NCBI GenBank assembly: GCA_965230895.1
Contig: OZ246394.1
Location: forward strand, 313,316 to 377,315
Direction: 5' to 3'
DNA from: an uncultured Gammaproteobacteria bacterium
Lineage (GTDB): Bacteria > Patescibacteriota > Microgenomatia > Levybacterales > UBA12049
Length of the DNA stretch: 64,000 nt
How positions within the stretch are numbered: the stretch's first letter is position 1; each line of letters starts with the position of its first letter. The notes under the pieces are model-generated. The model worked only from the letters and a program-made list of their open reading frames with translations, searched no databases and was not told the origin of the DNA. The position numbers and the translations under genes are program-made. Positions 37,717 through 47,253 of this stretch are shown piece after piece.

Positions 37717-38403
37717 TTACGCTTTAGGAGCAAAAGATGCAAGTACTAAGACGATAGCTACAATTGCTGCAAGAATCAAGAAAATCTTGAAGAATACTTT
37801 AGCAAGCTTTGTCGAAGTAGAAGGAGGTACCGGTTTATTTGGGTCTGCAGCATCAGTAACAGGCGCTGTATCATGGAGTCCGAATACTTCTTTAATCGGC
37901 CAACGGGTTAAAGGTGGACCATATCTGGTATCTGCTTTTGCCCCCGGAAGGAACAATAATAATAATAAAACTATGCCAGCCATATAGCCATAGACCTGCA
38001 AAATGGTAGTGGCAATCGCTGGAAACGTTGGCATGTGTATACCAGTGGCAGACAACAGATAGATACCTATATTAATAGTTGAATAGAGTGTATAAGGTAC
38101 TGTGGACAGGACGAAAAAACCACTTTTATTTATGTCATGCAATCTTCGAACTTGAAAGGAAGCTAAGTAAAAGTTCGTAATTACCGTGAAGATAATGAGT
38201 AGTGTCATTGCTGCGGGTATAGGACCAAGAATGAAGATTAATGGTGCTGCTACTGCTTTCAACGCTGTCCATACGATAAATACAAGAACAAGAATTCCGC
38301 TCAAGTATGCACTTCTATTCAGTCTGCCTCTAAAGGTTCGTTTGAAAAATAATGAAATTTGTTTGGGTTGAATATTCAAGCTGGATATATTAAATATGTT
38401 CAA
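37717..38403 (-). CDS. DUF805 domain membrane protein with Pro-rich C-terminal tail
   Basis: RGRLNRSAY...RRLHDINKSGFF motifs. Confidence 0.7.
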   Translation of the reverse strand: MNIFNISSLNIQPKQISLFFKRTFRGRLNRSAYLSGILVLVFIVWTALKAVAAPLIFILGPIPAAMTLLIIFTVITNFYLASFQVRRLHDINKSGFFVLSTVPYTLYSTINIGIYLLSATGIHMPTFPAIATTILQVYGYMAGIVLLLLLFLPGAKADTRYGPPLTRWPIKEVFGLHDTAPVTDAADPNKPVPPSTSTKLAKVFFKIFLILAAIVAIVLVLASFAPKA

Positions 38404-38423
38404 CCATATGCTGTCAATATCGG

Positions 38424-39020
38424 TTATGAACTTTTAAGCTGCTTGTCTGGTTCATACGTAGCAAAGATAAGTCCTCCAGAGAGAATTTTGCCTTCGACAA
38501 ATCTAAAGCGTTCAGGTTGTGTGCCACCGCCAAACAGTTTTTTCCCAGTACCAACTGTGACGGGAAAGGTCCAAATATGCATACGATCAACAAGATTATT
38601 TTTGAGTAATGTTTGTATAAGTTTGCTACTTCCCCAAACCCAGAGATCAGGACCATCAGTGTCTTTGAGCTTTTTAATTTCTGCTAGAATATCTCCTGTA
38701 ATCAGTTCTGAATTATCCCAAGTGAGATCAAAAGGTTGGTGTGCAACCACAAATTTCTTTGCTTTATCAAATGGCTTCCCCCAATGCGGCTCATCTTTGT
38801 GCTTTGGCCAATAGCCAGCAAAGATTTCATAAGTTTTTTTACCCAAAAGCATATCTGAGGGTTCTGACAATAATTTATCTGTTATTTTATCTGCTTCTTC
38901 GTCCCATTCCTTTTGCCAGCCGCCATATTTAAAACCTTCACTTGCATCTTCTTTTGAAGCGCCAGGAGCTTGCATGACGCCATCAAGGCTAAGCATAGTT
39001 GTAGTGATAATCTTTCTCAT
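38424..39020 (-). CDS. Dihydrofolate reductase-like (RibD C-terminal domain) family protein
   Basis: MRKIITTTMLSLDGVMQAPG...FKYGGWQ. Tandem paralog. Confidence 0.8.
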   Translation of the reverse strand: MRKIITTTMLSLDGVMQAPGASKEDASEGFKYGGWQKEWDEEADKITDKLLSEPSDMLLGKKTYEIFAGYWPKHKDEPHWGKPFDKAKKFVVAHQPFDLTWDNSELITGDILAEIKKLKDTDGPDLWVWGSSKLIQTLLKNNLVDRMHIWTFPVTVGTGKKLFGGGTQPERFRFVEGKILSGGLIFATYEPDKQLKSS

Positions 39021-39025
39021 ACGAA

Positions 39026-39646
39026 TTATTCGGATGCTTTCAATAGCTCTGCAGGCGCATATGTAGCTATGACAACGCCTGTATTTGAGATCTTTGCATC
39101 AACTTGTTTGAATCGTTGTGGTAGTGTCCCATCTGCAAATAGTCTTTTCCCGGTGCCGATGGTGATCGGATATGTCAAAATAATCATTTGATCGATTAAA
39201 TGGTTTTGGAGAAGGGTTTGGATGAGTTTGCTACTCCCCCAAACATGTAAATCAGGACCATCAGTTTGCTTCAGTTTCTTTAACTCCTCTACAACGTCCC
39301 CTGTGATGAGCTTTGAATTATCCCACGAAAGATCAATTGATTGATGCGCGACGACGTATTTAGTGGCTCTATCGAATGGTTGTCCTACCTGCGGTTCATC
39401 TTTGTACTTTGGCCAGTAGCCTTTCCATATATCGTATGTTTTGCGTCCTAGCAAAAGATCAAAAGGGCCCGACATGATCTGCGTCATGAACTCTTCAGCT
39501 ATCGGATCTTTTTCATTCCAATCAATTTGCCAACCGCCATACTTGAATCCATCTTCTCGATCTTCATCATTTCCTCCCGGTGCCTGCATGACACCATCAA
39601 GAGTGACGAAAGTAATAGTAATAATTTTTCTCATAACTTGATGCAT
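39026..39646 (-). CDS. Dihydrofolate reductase-like (RibD C-terminal domain) family protein
   Basis: MRKIITITFVTLDGVMQAPGG...FKYGGWQ. Tandem paralog. Confidence 0.8.
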   Translation of the reverse strand: MHQVMRKIITITFVTLDGVMQAPGGNDEDREDGFKYGGWQIDWNEKDPIAEEFMTQIMSGPFDLLLGRKTYDIWKGYWPKYKDEPQVGQPFDRATKYVVAHQSIDLSWDNSKLITGDVVEELKKLKQTDGPDLHVWGSSKLIQTLLQNHLIDQMIILTYPITIGTGKRLFADGTLPQRFKQVDAKISNTGVVIATYAPAELLKASE

Positions 39647-39720
39647 TTAATGTAACAAACGTGTTGTGAAACATGTGTAAGAATTTATAAATAGTAATCA
39701 TTACCTGCTAAAATATATTC

Positions 39721-40311
39721 ATGGGATTTGATATATTTATCGCACTCTTTTATCTTTTGATATGGGTTAGTACTATTGCAGTTCTTCGGTTAAAGAAAAA
39801 GAAAAGCTTTGTTTATTTATTTTTCTTCACAGTATTTTCTATCTACCTTTTTAAAGTTTTAGATTACACACTTTTTCAATTCCAGTCGCTCCTTCTACTC
39901 AAATATTTTATGCCACATCTGATCTTGAATGGACAGACTGCTGGTGAAGCAGTCAATCTTATCCCACTTATCGCACTGAGTACTGAGGATCTAAAAACAT
40001 CATTTCTCAATGTCCTCCTCTTTGTTCCTTTTGGCTTTGGTCTCCCGTTCATTACGAATTACTTTATAAAAAAGATAGTAATTATGGGTGCACTTTTTAG
40101 TATCTTAATTGAATTGCTGCAGTTCTTGACCGGATATATAGCAAAAATTACTTTCCGAATTGCAGATATCAACGATATTCTTTTCAATACAATGGGAGTT
40201 GTAATCGGTTATATTTTATTTGTTGGATTCGTGCGTCTTTGTCGATATAGTGCTCATAAGTCAACAAACCCAATTGTACGCTCTATTATTGATCGGCCGC
40301 AGGTAAAATAA
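39721..40311 (+). CDS. VanZ-like family membrane protein
   Basis: ...LNVLLFVPFGFGLPF... motif. Four TM helices. Confidence 0.55.
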   Translation: MGFDIFIALFYLLIWVSTIAVLRLKKKKSFVYLFFFTVFSIYLFKVLDYTLFQFQSLLLLKYFMPHLILNGQTAGEAVNLIPLIALSTEDLKTSFLNVLLFVPFGFGLPFITNYFIKKIVIMGALFSILIELLQFLTGYIAKITFRIADINDILFNTMGVVIGYILFVGFVRLCRYSAHKSTNPIVRSIIDRPQVK

Positions 40312-40408
40312 GTTGCTTTTGCTAGCACTTGGATTTATAGGAGTTTTAAAGTTGCGTAATGAATACTTAAAATATTTTTCCGTGATATAATTTTCTTTTT
40401 GCGAAATT

Positions 40409-42364
40409 ATGGAACATGGTATTCTCAATCAAGTATTCTACACAGCTATCTTTCTTCTAACCACGTCACTCTTATATATGCTATCTTCGAAGATATCGTT
40501 ACCATATACTGTGGCACTGTTAATTACCGGATTTTTAGGACAATTAGCAATACACTTCTTCAATTTAAATGTTCATTTAAGTTTATCTCCTGATTTGACC
40601 TATTACATTTTGTTGCCAGTTTTACTTTTCGAAGCAGCAATGCATATTAATATTCACCAGTTCAAACGACAATTCAAGACGATTACCTTTTTGGCGACTT
40701 TTGGATTAATGGTTTCAATATTTGTTGTCGCTGTTTGTTTGGCTTTATTCCTCAAGTTACCTTTTGAAATTGCTTTATTGTTTGGTGCGATCATTTCAGC
40801 GACAGATCCAATTGCAGTTTTAGCCCTGTTTAAAACATTGGGAGCACCAAAGCGATTATCGCTGGTTGCTGATGGTGAAAGTATGTTTAATGATGCAACT
40901 GCAGTTATCGCTTTTCGTTTGATAAGTACATTTGTTATCGCGCAACAAGCATTCCAAACCCAAACCGTCCTCCAAAGTGTAGGTAATTTCTTCTATGTCT
41001 TTTTCGGCAGCATTGCACTCGGAACTTTCCTCGGATACCTAGCATCAGTTCTTGTTAAAAGAATTCGTACTGATCAGATCCTTAATGCGACAATTCTTAC
41101 TTCTCTTGCTCTTGGATCATTTGTTCTGGCAGAACATACGTTTCATGTTTCAGGGGTTATGACTACCGTTATGGCTGGTGTTATCTTTGGTAATCTAGCA
41201 CGTGGCCGAATGAAGCAAGTCGTTATTAAATTTGTCGAAGAGTACTTTGCGTATTTAGGTTTCCTTGCACTCTCACTCGTATTTTTCTTTGCATCATTTA
41301 ATCTTGATGTAAATCTTTTTACGAGTTCACTGCCTACATTGGCAATTGTTATTGTAACAGTGCTTTTAGCAAGGGCAGTTTCAGTCTATCTTACAGTATT
41401 CCTGAGTAATGTTTTACCAGGGTTTAAGAATGAACCAAATATCCCAATGAGTTGGCAACATATTCTTAATTGGGGTGGTTTACGAGGCGTTATACCATTG
41501 GTTCTTGTGTATTCTTTGCCCGATTCATTTGAATATAAACAGTTAATGCTTCAATTCACATTTGCAGCTTTATTATTTACGTTATTTGTTAACGGCTTGA
41601 CGATTAAATGGCTTCTTGTGAAATTGAAATTGCATGTTCCAAGAAATGAAGAGAAGATTATCCAAGATGAATTAAGCTTGTTTAGATTGGAATCATTACG
41701 AAAGAAACTTCAATCAATTCCTACTCGTGAATTTGATCAAAAAATCATAAAAGAAATGGATAATGAATTGGTTGCAAAAGCAGAAAAGTATAAAAGCAAT
41801 ATTTTGATGCTTGCTGATAGCAAAACGTTTCTTCAAAGTCTAAAAATCGAAGCTTTAGAATTAGAAAGAATGAAATTGCGTTCTCTTTATGAGCAAAGAA
41901 GATTCTCTGAGCAAGTGCTTTATGAGTATGAATCAGAACTCGATCTACAACTTGATGCGTTAGAGCATCCAAATATTTACCAAACACAGGGAATAAATCG
42001 TAAAGGTGAGGTTTATTCAAAGAAAGCCTTTAGAAAAAAACTGATTCAATTTAGAAGGTTTATAGCCCAGTATGCTTTTATAAGCAAATTACTTCATATA
42101 ACAGAAAAAGACCTTATAACAGAACGTTATACTTTAATCAGAGCTCGATTGCTTACCTCATACGAAGTTTTAGATTTCTTGGATCGTCTTGAAAAACAAT
42201 TTCCTAAAACTGAACATATTATATCCGCTATAGCCGAAGTGCGAGTAATACATCAAAAATATATTGAAAATAATAAAATTGGTATTGCTGAAATTACAGA
42301 AGAATATCCAGAGTACGTAAAGGAATATCAGAAAAAGATTATCTCAAGAATTATCGAAATGTAA
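40409..42364 (+). CDS. Na+/H+ antiporter (CPA1/NhaP-type) with ~250-aa C-terminal cytoplasmic domain
   Basis: ...LFGAIISATDPIAVLALFKTLGAPKRL... (the ATD motif of CPA1). 12-13 TM helices. Confidence 0.8.
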   Translation: MEHGILNQVFYTAIFLLTTSLLYMLSSKISLPYTVALLITGFLGQLAIHFFNLNVHLSLSPDLTYYILLPVLLFEAAMHINIHQFKRQFKTITFLATFGLMVSIFVVAVCLALFLKLPFEIALLFGAIISATDPIAVLALFKTLGAPKRLSLVADGESMFNDATAVIAFRLISTFVIAQQAFQTQTVLQSVGNFFYVFFGSIALGTFLGYLASVLVKRIRTDQILNATILTSLALGSFVLAEHTFHVSGVMTTVMAGVIFGNLARGRMKQVVIKFVEEYFAYLGFLALSLVFFFASFNLDVNLFTSSLPTLAIVIVTVLLARAVSVYLTVFLSNVLPGFKNEPNIPMSWQHILNWGGLRGVIPLVLVYSLPDSFEYKQLMLQFTFAALLFTLFVNGLTIKWLLVKLKLHVPRNEEKIIQDELSLFRLESLRKKLQSIPTREFDQKIIKEMDNELVAKAEKYKSNILMLADSKTFLQSLKIEALELERMKLRSLYEQRRFSEQVLYEYESELDLQLDALEHPNIYQTQGINRKGEVYSKKAFRKKLIQFRRFIAQYAFISKLLHITEKDLITERYTLIRARLLTSYEVLDFLDRLEKQFPKTEHIISAIAEVRVIHQKYIENNKIGIAEITEEYPEYVKEYQKKIISRIIEM

Positions 42365-42403
42365 GATCGACTTTAGCTAACTCTTTAAACCCCTCTTCAA
42401 TTG

Positions 42404-42474
42404 CTACCGAGCCTGGATTCGAACCAGAATAAACAGCTCCAAAGGCTGTTGTCCTACCGTTAGACGACTCGGTA
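42404..42474 (-). tRNA. tRNA-Gln (anticodon UUG)
   Basis: Hand-folded cloverleaf: acceptor UACCGAG/CUCGGUA (U1:A72), anticodon stem ACAGC/GCUGU with loop CU-UUG-GA, T-arm CUGG-UUCGAAU-CCAG, discriminator G. CCA is not encoded. Confidence 0.75.
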
Positions 42475-42634
42475 ATGTGTCTCATTTCTGCGACAAAAAT
42501 CATTTTACTAAAAATCCCCTAGAAAAGCCAGAAATTGAAATTATGGAAAAAACTAAATTATAATACTATAGGTTGACAAATATTTATGTTTATGATATAT
42601 TAATGGTTAATATAGGATTTAATCCTAAAATAAT

Positions 42635-42862
42635 ATGGAACGAAATTATACATATAGACCAGCGGCGGAAGCCCCACGTACTGAGCGTAACGGGGTTATT
42701 AAGACTACTTATAACCTTTTTAAGCAATATCAAAGATACAGAGACGAAAAGTTCTTGAGCAGACTCGATCATAAAGCTGAAATACGGACACGCGAAAGAG
42801 CAAAGTCAATAGCAGCATGGGAAGATCCAAATTATGTTTGCCCTGGAGATCAAGAAATTTAA
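42635..42862 (+). CDS. Hypothetical small basic protein (75 aa)
   Basis: ORF with an upstream TTGACA-17-TATATT element (42573-42601). No SD and no recognisable fold. Confidence 0.25.
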   Translation: MERNYTYRPAAEAPRTERNGVIKTTYNLFKQYQRYRDEKFLSRLDHKAEIRTRERAKSIAAWEDPNYVCPGDQEI

Positions 42863-42930
42863 TTCTCCCTCGAAATAACTTCTAGACGACAATTCTTCTT
42901 TTTTGTATACTGGGATAGTACGCTCTCGTC

Positions 42931-45474
42931 ATGAAATCTGTCCTAAAATTCCAGTCTATTCTTTTTCTTCTTACTCTTTTCCTTTTTACACCTTCTCTGG
43001 CGCAGGCTGCAGATCCAGAGCTTGTTGGTGGAAGTTCTGTAACAGGTACTAATGGTGTCGCCACCCCAATAACGGACTTGCAAGTTTCTGGTACTGGTAA
43101 TCCTACAGTTCCAGTCAAACTTCGCGTAACAAGTGGTACATTATCAATGAGCACGACGACAGGGCTTACATTTACAGGAGGTTCATCCGGTTCAACACTC
43201 CAATTCAGTGGTACCAAAGATAATGTGAACGCAGCTCTTGCCACGCTCACATATACCCGTTCTGGAACTGGGTCAGATACTTTAGAAGCGTCTTTAGTAA
43301 ATGCCGGAGAAGTATTCTTCGCTGACAATGGACATTTATATGAGTATGTTTCCTACACAGCGAGCTGGGTAAATGCGAATACCAATGCCCAAACAAGAAC
43401 AAAATATGGAGCGACAGGATACCTCACTACAATTACTTCGCAAGCAGAAAATGATTTCGTCGCAGCCCGTCTTCTCAACGCAGGATGGATGGGAGCGAGT
43501 GATTCCGTATCTGAAGGAGATTGGAAATGGGTCACCGGACCTGAAAATGGGACGTCATTCTGGTCTGGATTATCAGGTGGATCTACTGTGTCTGGAAGAT
43601 ATGCCAATTGGGGCACTGGAGAACCAAATAACGCAGGCGATGAAGATTGTGCACAGTTCTTAACTGGTGGTACGGGCAAATGGAATGATTTGCCATGCAG
43701 TACTACCACCCTTCCGGGGTATGTCGTGGAATATGGTAGTAGTACTCCACTTGATGTGTCTTCAAAAAATGTTTCAATAACCACTGTGGCTGCTCCGACC
43801 GCAAATAGTTTCTCTCCAACGGACAACGCGACCGCTGTCACGCTCAATGCAAACCTCGTCATAACCTTTAGTGCAACCATCTCAAAAAATACCGGAAATA
43901 TTCTTATAAAAAAGTCTTCAGATAATTCTACAGTTGAGACAATCGATGTATCGAGTGGCCAAGTAACTGGTGGAGGTACTGCTACAATTACGATTAATCC
44001 AAATATGACATTTGATGAAAATACTGGATATTATGTAAATATTCCCAATACTGCATTTCGGGACGGATCAAGCAATGCCTATGCGGGTATATCCAACAGT
44101 ACCTCATGGAACTTTACCACCGGAGATTTTTCAAACCCTACATTAAGTAATATCACTGCTTCATCCATTGGAAATACCAGTGCAACAATTTCTTGGACAA
44201 CAAATGAAAATGCTTCGACTCGAGTAAGTTATGGTTTGACGACGTCGTATGGGACAAATACATCTGAAACAGATACTTCACCACGTGTAACTTCTCATAC
44301 GGTAAATCTTACCGGACTCGTGGCTTGTACAACATACCACTATATTGTCAGATCGGTTGATGGATCAACAAATACTGCCACTTCATCTGATAACACATTC
44401 ACAACGACTGGTTGCCAATCCAATACAACTCCTTTAGAAACAACTTCAAATACTGTCCCTACAGCAACAGGTGGAACGACAACTCTTGCTGAAAATAATT
44501 CACAAATAAGTGTGGTTGCTCCAACTAATTTTACCAATTCAGCATCAACTGTCGTGATTCAAGTGAAAGCGTTGGAAGATACACCTATTTTAGAAGCCCT
44601 TGGAAGACCGGCAAATGTACCAAATGAAGTTGGCAATGTTGTCTTTGATGTCAAAGCAATAATAAATTCGACAACCATCCTTGATAACTTTGATGCTCCT
44701 GTAACGATCACCTACCAATACTCTGATGCCGATGTCATCGGACTGGATGAGTCAACATTCTGGTTGTACCATTATCATAATGGGTCATGGACTCCACTTG
44801 ATTCATGTAATATAGATACAGCAACAAATACAATTTCCTGTACTACGCAAAGTTTTTCAATATTTGGACTCTTCGGCAAGCAAAAAGTATACGCTTCAGA
44901 AGTAAAAACTCCATCATGTAGTGCTACAAAACCTGCTCAATCACCTGACCTGTTCCAAATTGATATAACAAATAATAAAGCTACTTTGCACTTTACTCCA
45001 CTTATGAGTAATGTTACGAATTATTTTGTTGCTTATGGTTATAAAGATGGTGATGAACGATTTGGTGTGCTTACTCAGCAAGGTCCTTCAACAGGTGTCC
45101 TGTCCTATACGATCAATGATCTATCCCCTAATATGAATTATTACTTTAAAGTTCGTCCGCAAAACGATTGTATGCCAGGAGATTGGGGTAATACCATGTC
45201 AGTCAAAACAACAAACGGAGCTATGGTAAAGAATTACAAAAACTTTGTTTCCCGAGTAATGAGTGTTATGCCACGGCAGACAACGACAATTAGCAGTACA
45301 AAAAACACTTCATCAGGAAAGACTTGTGAGTATGTGGTTCAAAAGGATGACTCTCTGTGGTCAATATCCGCTGAAAAATTGGGTTCTGGGACAAAATATA
45401 CTGAGGTAATGAAAGAAAATAATCTCCCATCAACTTCCTTAAACGTAGGGCAAACGTTAAAAGTTGGATGTTGA
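42931..45474 (+). CDS. Secreted multidomain surface protein: C-type lectin domain (EPN/WND), Ig-like/FN3 domains, C-terminal LysM
   Basis: Signal peptide ...TPSLAQA/AD. The CTLD (~43321-43731) has WMGASD, GEPNN...EDCA and KWNDLPC. The FN3 region is ...ATISWTTNENASTRVSYG...YHYIVRSVD. The LysM is EYVVQKDDSLWSISAEKLGSGTKYTEVMKENNL...GQTLKV. Confidence 0.8.
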   Translation: MKSVLKFQSILFLLTLFLFTPSLAQAADPELVGGSSVTGTNGVATPITDLQVSGTGNPTVPVKLRVTSGTLSMSTTTGLTFTGGSSGSTLQFSGTKDNVNAALATLTYTRSGTGSDTLEASLVNAGEVFFADNGHLYEYVSYTASWVNANTNAQTRTKYGATGYLTTITSQAENDFVAARLLNAGWMGASDSVSEGDWKWVTGPENGTSFWSGLSGGSTVSGRYANWGTGEPNNAGDEDCAQFLTGGTGKWNDLPCSTTTLPGYVVEYGSSTPLDVSSKNVSITTVAAPTANSFSPTDNATAVTLNANLVITFSATISKNTGNILIKKSSDNSTVETIDVSSGQVTGGGTATITINPNMTFDENTGYYVNIPNTAFRDGSSNAYAGISNSTSWNFTTGDFSNPTLSNITASSIGNTSATISWTTNENASTRVSYGLTTSYGTNTSETDTSPRVTSHTVNLTGLVACTTYHYIVRSVDGSTNTATSSDNTFTTTGCQSNTTPLETTSNTVPTATGGTTTLAENNSQISVVAPTNFTNSASTVVIQVKALEDTPILEALGRPANVPNEVGNVVFDVKAIINSTTILDNFDAPVTITYQYSDADVIGLDESTFWLYHYHNGSWTPLDSCNIDTATNTISCTTQSFSIFGLFGKQKVYASEVKTPSCSATKPAQSPDLFQIDITNNKATLHFTPLMSNVTNYFVAYGYKDGDERFGVLTQQGPSTGVLSYTINDLSPNMNYYFKVRPQNDCMPGDWGNTMSVKTTNGAMVKNYKNFVSRVMSVMPRQTTTISSTKNTSSGKTCEYVVQKDDSLWSISAEKLGSGTKYTEVMKENNLPSTSLNVGQTLKVGC

Positions 45475-45493
45475 ACCAGTGATATAATGGAGT

Positions 45494-45904
45494 ATGACCT
45501 ATCCCAATAAAATTGCGCTAGTCATTCTCGAAGACTTGCCAATGTGGCAAAAACTTAACATCGCTTCTTTCCTCTCTAGTTCTATTGCAACTGCCTTTCC
45601 TGAAACTCATGGGAAACCTCTTAGAAATAAATCCGATCAATACCTCCCTTTCATTAAGCATCCAATCCTTATCTATAAAGCTGATAATCAAGAACAGATC
45701 AAACGCGCTTTCAATCGTGCCAAAGAACGAGGATTGCACATTGGGATTTATACCAAACCACTTTTCTCCACGAAGGATGAAGAAGGCAATCATATTGAAA
45801 TTGGAAAATATACTGATGAAGAACAGGAGTTAGTAGGAATTGTTTTATATGGAGAGAACAAACAGGTTGATAAAGCATTAAATGGCCTTAAATTTCACGC
45901 TTAG
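45494..45904 (+). CDS. DUF2000-like protein
   Basis: KIALVILEDLPMWQKLNIASFLSSSIA pattern. Confidence 0.45.
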   Translation: MTYPNKIALVILEDLPMWQKLNIASFLSSSIATAFPETHGKPLRNKSDQYLPFIKHPILIYKADNQEQIKRAFNRAKERGLHIGIYTKPLFSTKDEEGNHIEIGKYTDEEQELVGIVLYGENKQVDKALNGLKFHA

Positions 45905-46747
45905 TTACTGGAATGTATTACACGCCTCTATTGTTCCTTGATCATATCCAGTAGTAAACCATTTGACCCGTTCCGCAGAACTCCCGTGAGTAAATGATTC
46001 AGGATTGATATATCCTTGAGCTTTTTCCTGAATTCGGTCGTCTCCGATAGACGATGCTGCGTCCATTGCTTCCTCAATCTCATTTGGTTCAAGGATTCCT
46101 TTATCTTTAATAGTACTAGCCCAAATTCCTGCGTAGCAATCTGCTTGTAATTCTATCTTTACCGATGTTTCATTATCTTGCGAAGCTTGATCAAGTGTAC
46201 CGAGACTATTTTGAATATGATGGCCGACTTCATGAGAAATGACATATGCTTGCGCGACATCTCCGCCTTTGGCACCAAACTCGCGAGTCATCTCATCAAA
46301 GAATGTCTCATCCAGGTAAATTGTCTGATCTGTCGGACAATAATGTGGACCAACTGCAGATGTTGCTCCACCGCATGCTGATTCCGTTGCTTGGCGGAAA
46401 AGGACAAGCTTTGGTTCTTCATATCCCCTTGCCTGTTGCGCAAAAATTGTTCTCCAGGCATCATTGTTTGAACCAAGGATTGTTGAGGCAAATACTTCAT
46501 AATCATCTTGTCCAGCGAATTGTTGGGTGTTGGTATTTGGTTGCGGGTTTTGTTGTTGCTCTAACTGTTGTTGGAGTACTTGCCCACCCGTTTGTTTTAG
46601 TGCGTCTTCAATAGAACCAGTATTGAGAAAATTAACTGCGAGAAGTAACACAATTCCGGTTACGCTTATACCACCGATTGCAGCAGGACTTAAAGATCTG
46701 CGATCTTCTACATTTCCACGACTTCCAATTTTTTTCCAGTCTGCCAT
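45905..46747 (-). CDS. YpfJ-family neutral zinc metallopeptidase
   Basis: N-terminal TM helix, ...YCPTDQTIYLDETFF..., HEVGHHIQN HExxH site, ...LQADCYAGIW. Confidence 0.8.
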   Translation of the reverse strand: MADWKKIGSRGNVEDRRSLSPAAIGGISVTGIVLLLAVNFLNTGSIEDALKQTGGQVLQQQLEQQQNPQPNTNTQQFAGQDDYEVFASTILGSNNDAWRTIFAQQARGYEEPKLVLFRQATESACGGATSAVGPHYCPTDQTIYLDETFFDEMTREFGAKGGDVAQAYVISHEVGHHIQNSLGTLDQASQDNETSVKIELQADCYAGIWASTIKDKGILEPNEIEEAMDAASSIGDDRIQEKAQGYINPESFTHGSSAERVKWFTTGYDQGTIEACNTFQ

Positions 46748-46752
46748 ATGAA

Positions 46753-47160
46753 TTATTGGTTATCAACGTTTTGTGAAACCTCTACTCTATCAGTTGGTTT
46801 TCCAATAAGTAATAACTTCACAATACCATAAGCAACAATCGCATATACAGCCATTGCTACAAATGTTGACCATTCAATAACACTTCCCTGCGCTGCTGTG
46901 ATTCCAAATATACCTGCAAAGGGTTGCGCAAAAGGTTCACTGAAATTATAAATCATATTCACAAAAGGACTTGCAGGGTTTGCTGCAAGCAACTTGAAAA
47001 GTATTCTAAAAGCGAGCAAAACTTCAATAACTCCCAAAATATACCAGATTATCTGATGAAAACGAAAAATTGCTTTTTTCTTTTGATATGCTTTTTGGGA
47101 TGGATCTACGGCTGTTGATTGAACAGTTCTTTCTCGAACTTCAACTTGTTCCATGGACAC
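46753..47160 (-). CDS. YggT-like membrane protein
   Basis: Two TM helices around the FRILFKLLAANPASPF segment. Confidence 0.45.
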   Translation of the reverse strand: MSMEQVEVRERTVQSTAVDPSQKAYQKKKAIFRFHQIIWYILGVIEVLLAFRILFKLLAANPASPFVNMIYNFSEPFAQPFAGIFGITAAQGSVIEWSTFVAMAVYAIVAYGIVKLLLIGKPTDRVEVSQNVDNQ

Positions 47161-47253
47161 TCACCTCCCTTCTATTGTTGAGTATACTTACAATAAATAA
47201 TAAATAAGTAATAAAAACCCAATAAATACATCAGTACTTGATATAATACAAAC

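Noticed and set aside
42573-42772. ORFs 42573..42758 (+) and 42590..42772 (-) between the tRNA and the lectin gene
   Set aside because: Low-complexity Ile/Asn-rich translations that overlap the promoter-like element. Only 42635..42862 was kept, and only at low confidence.
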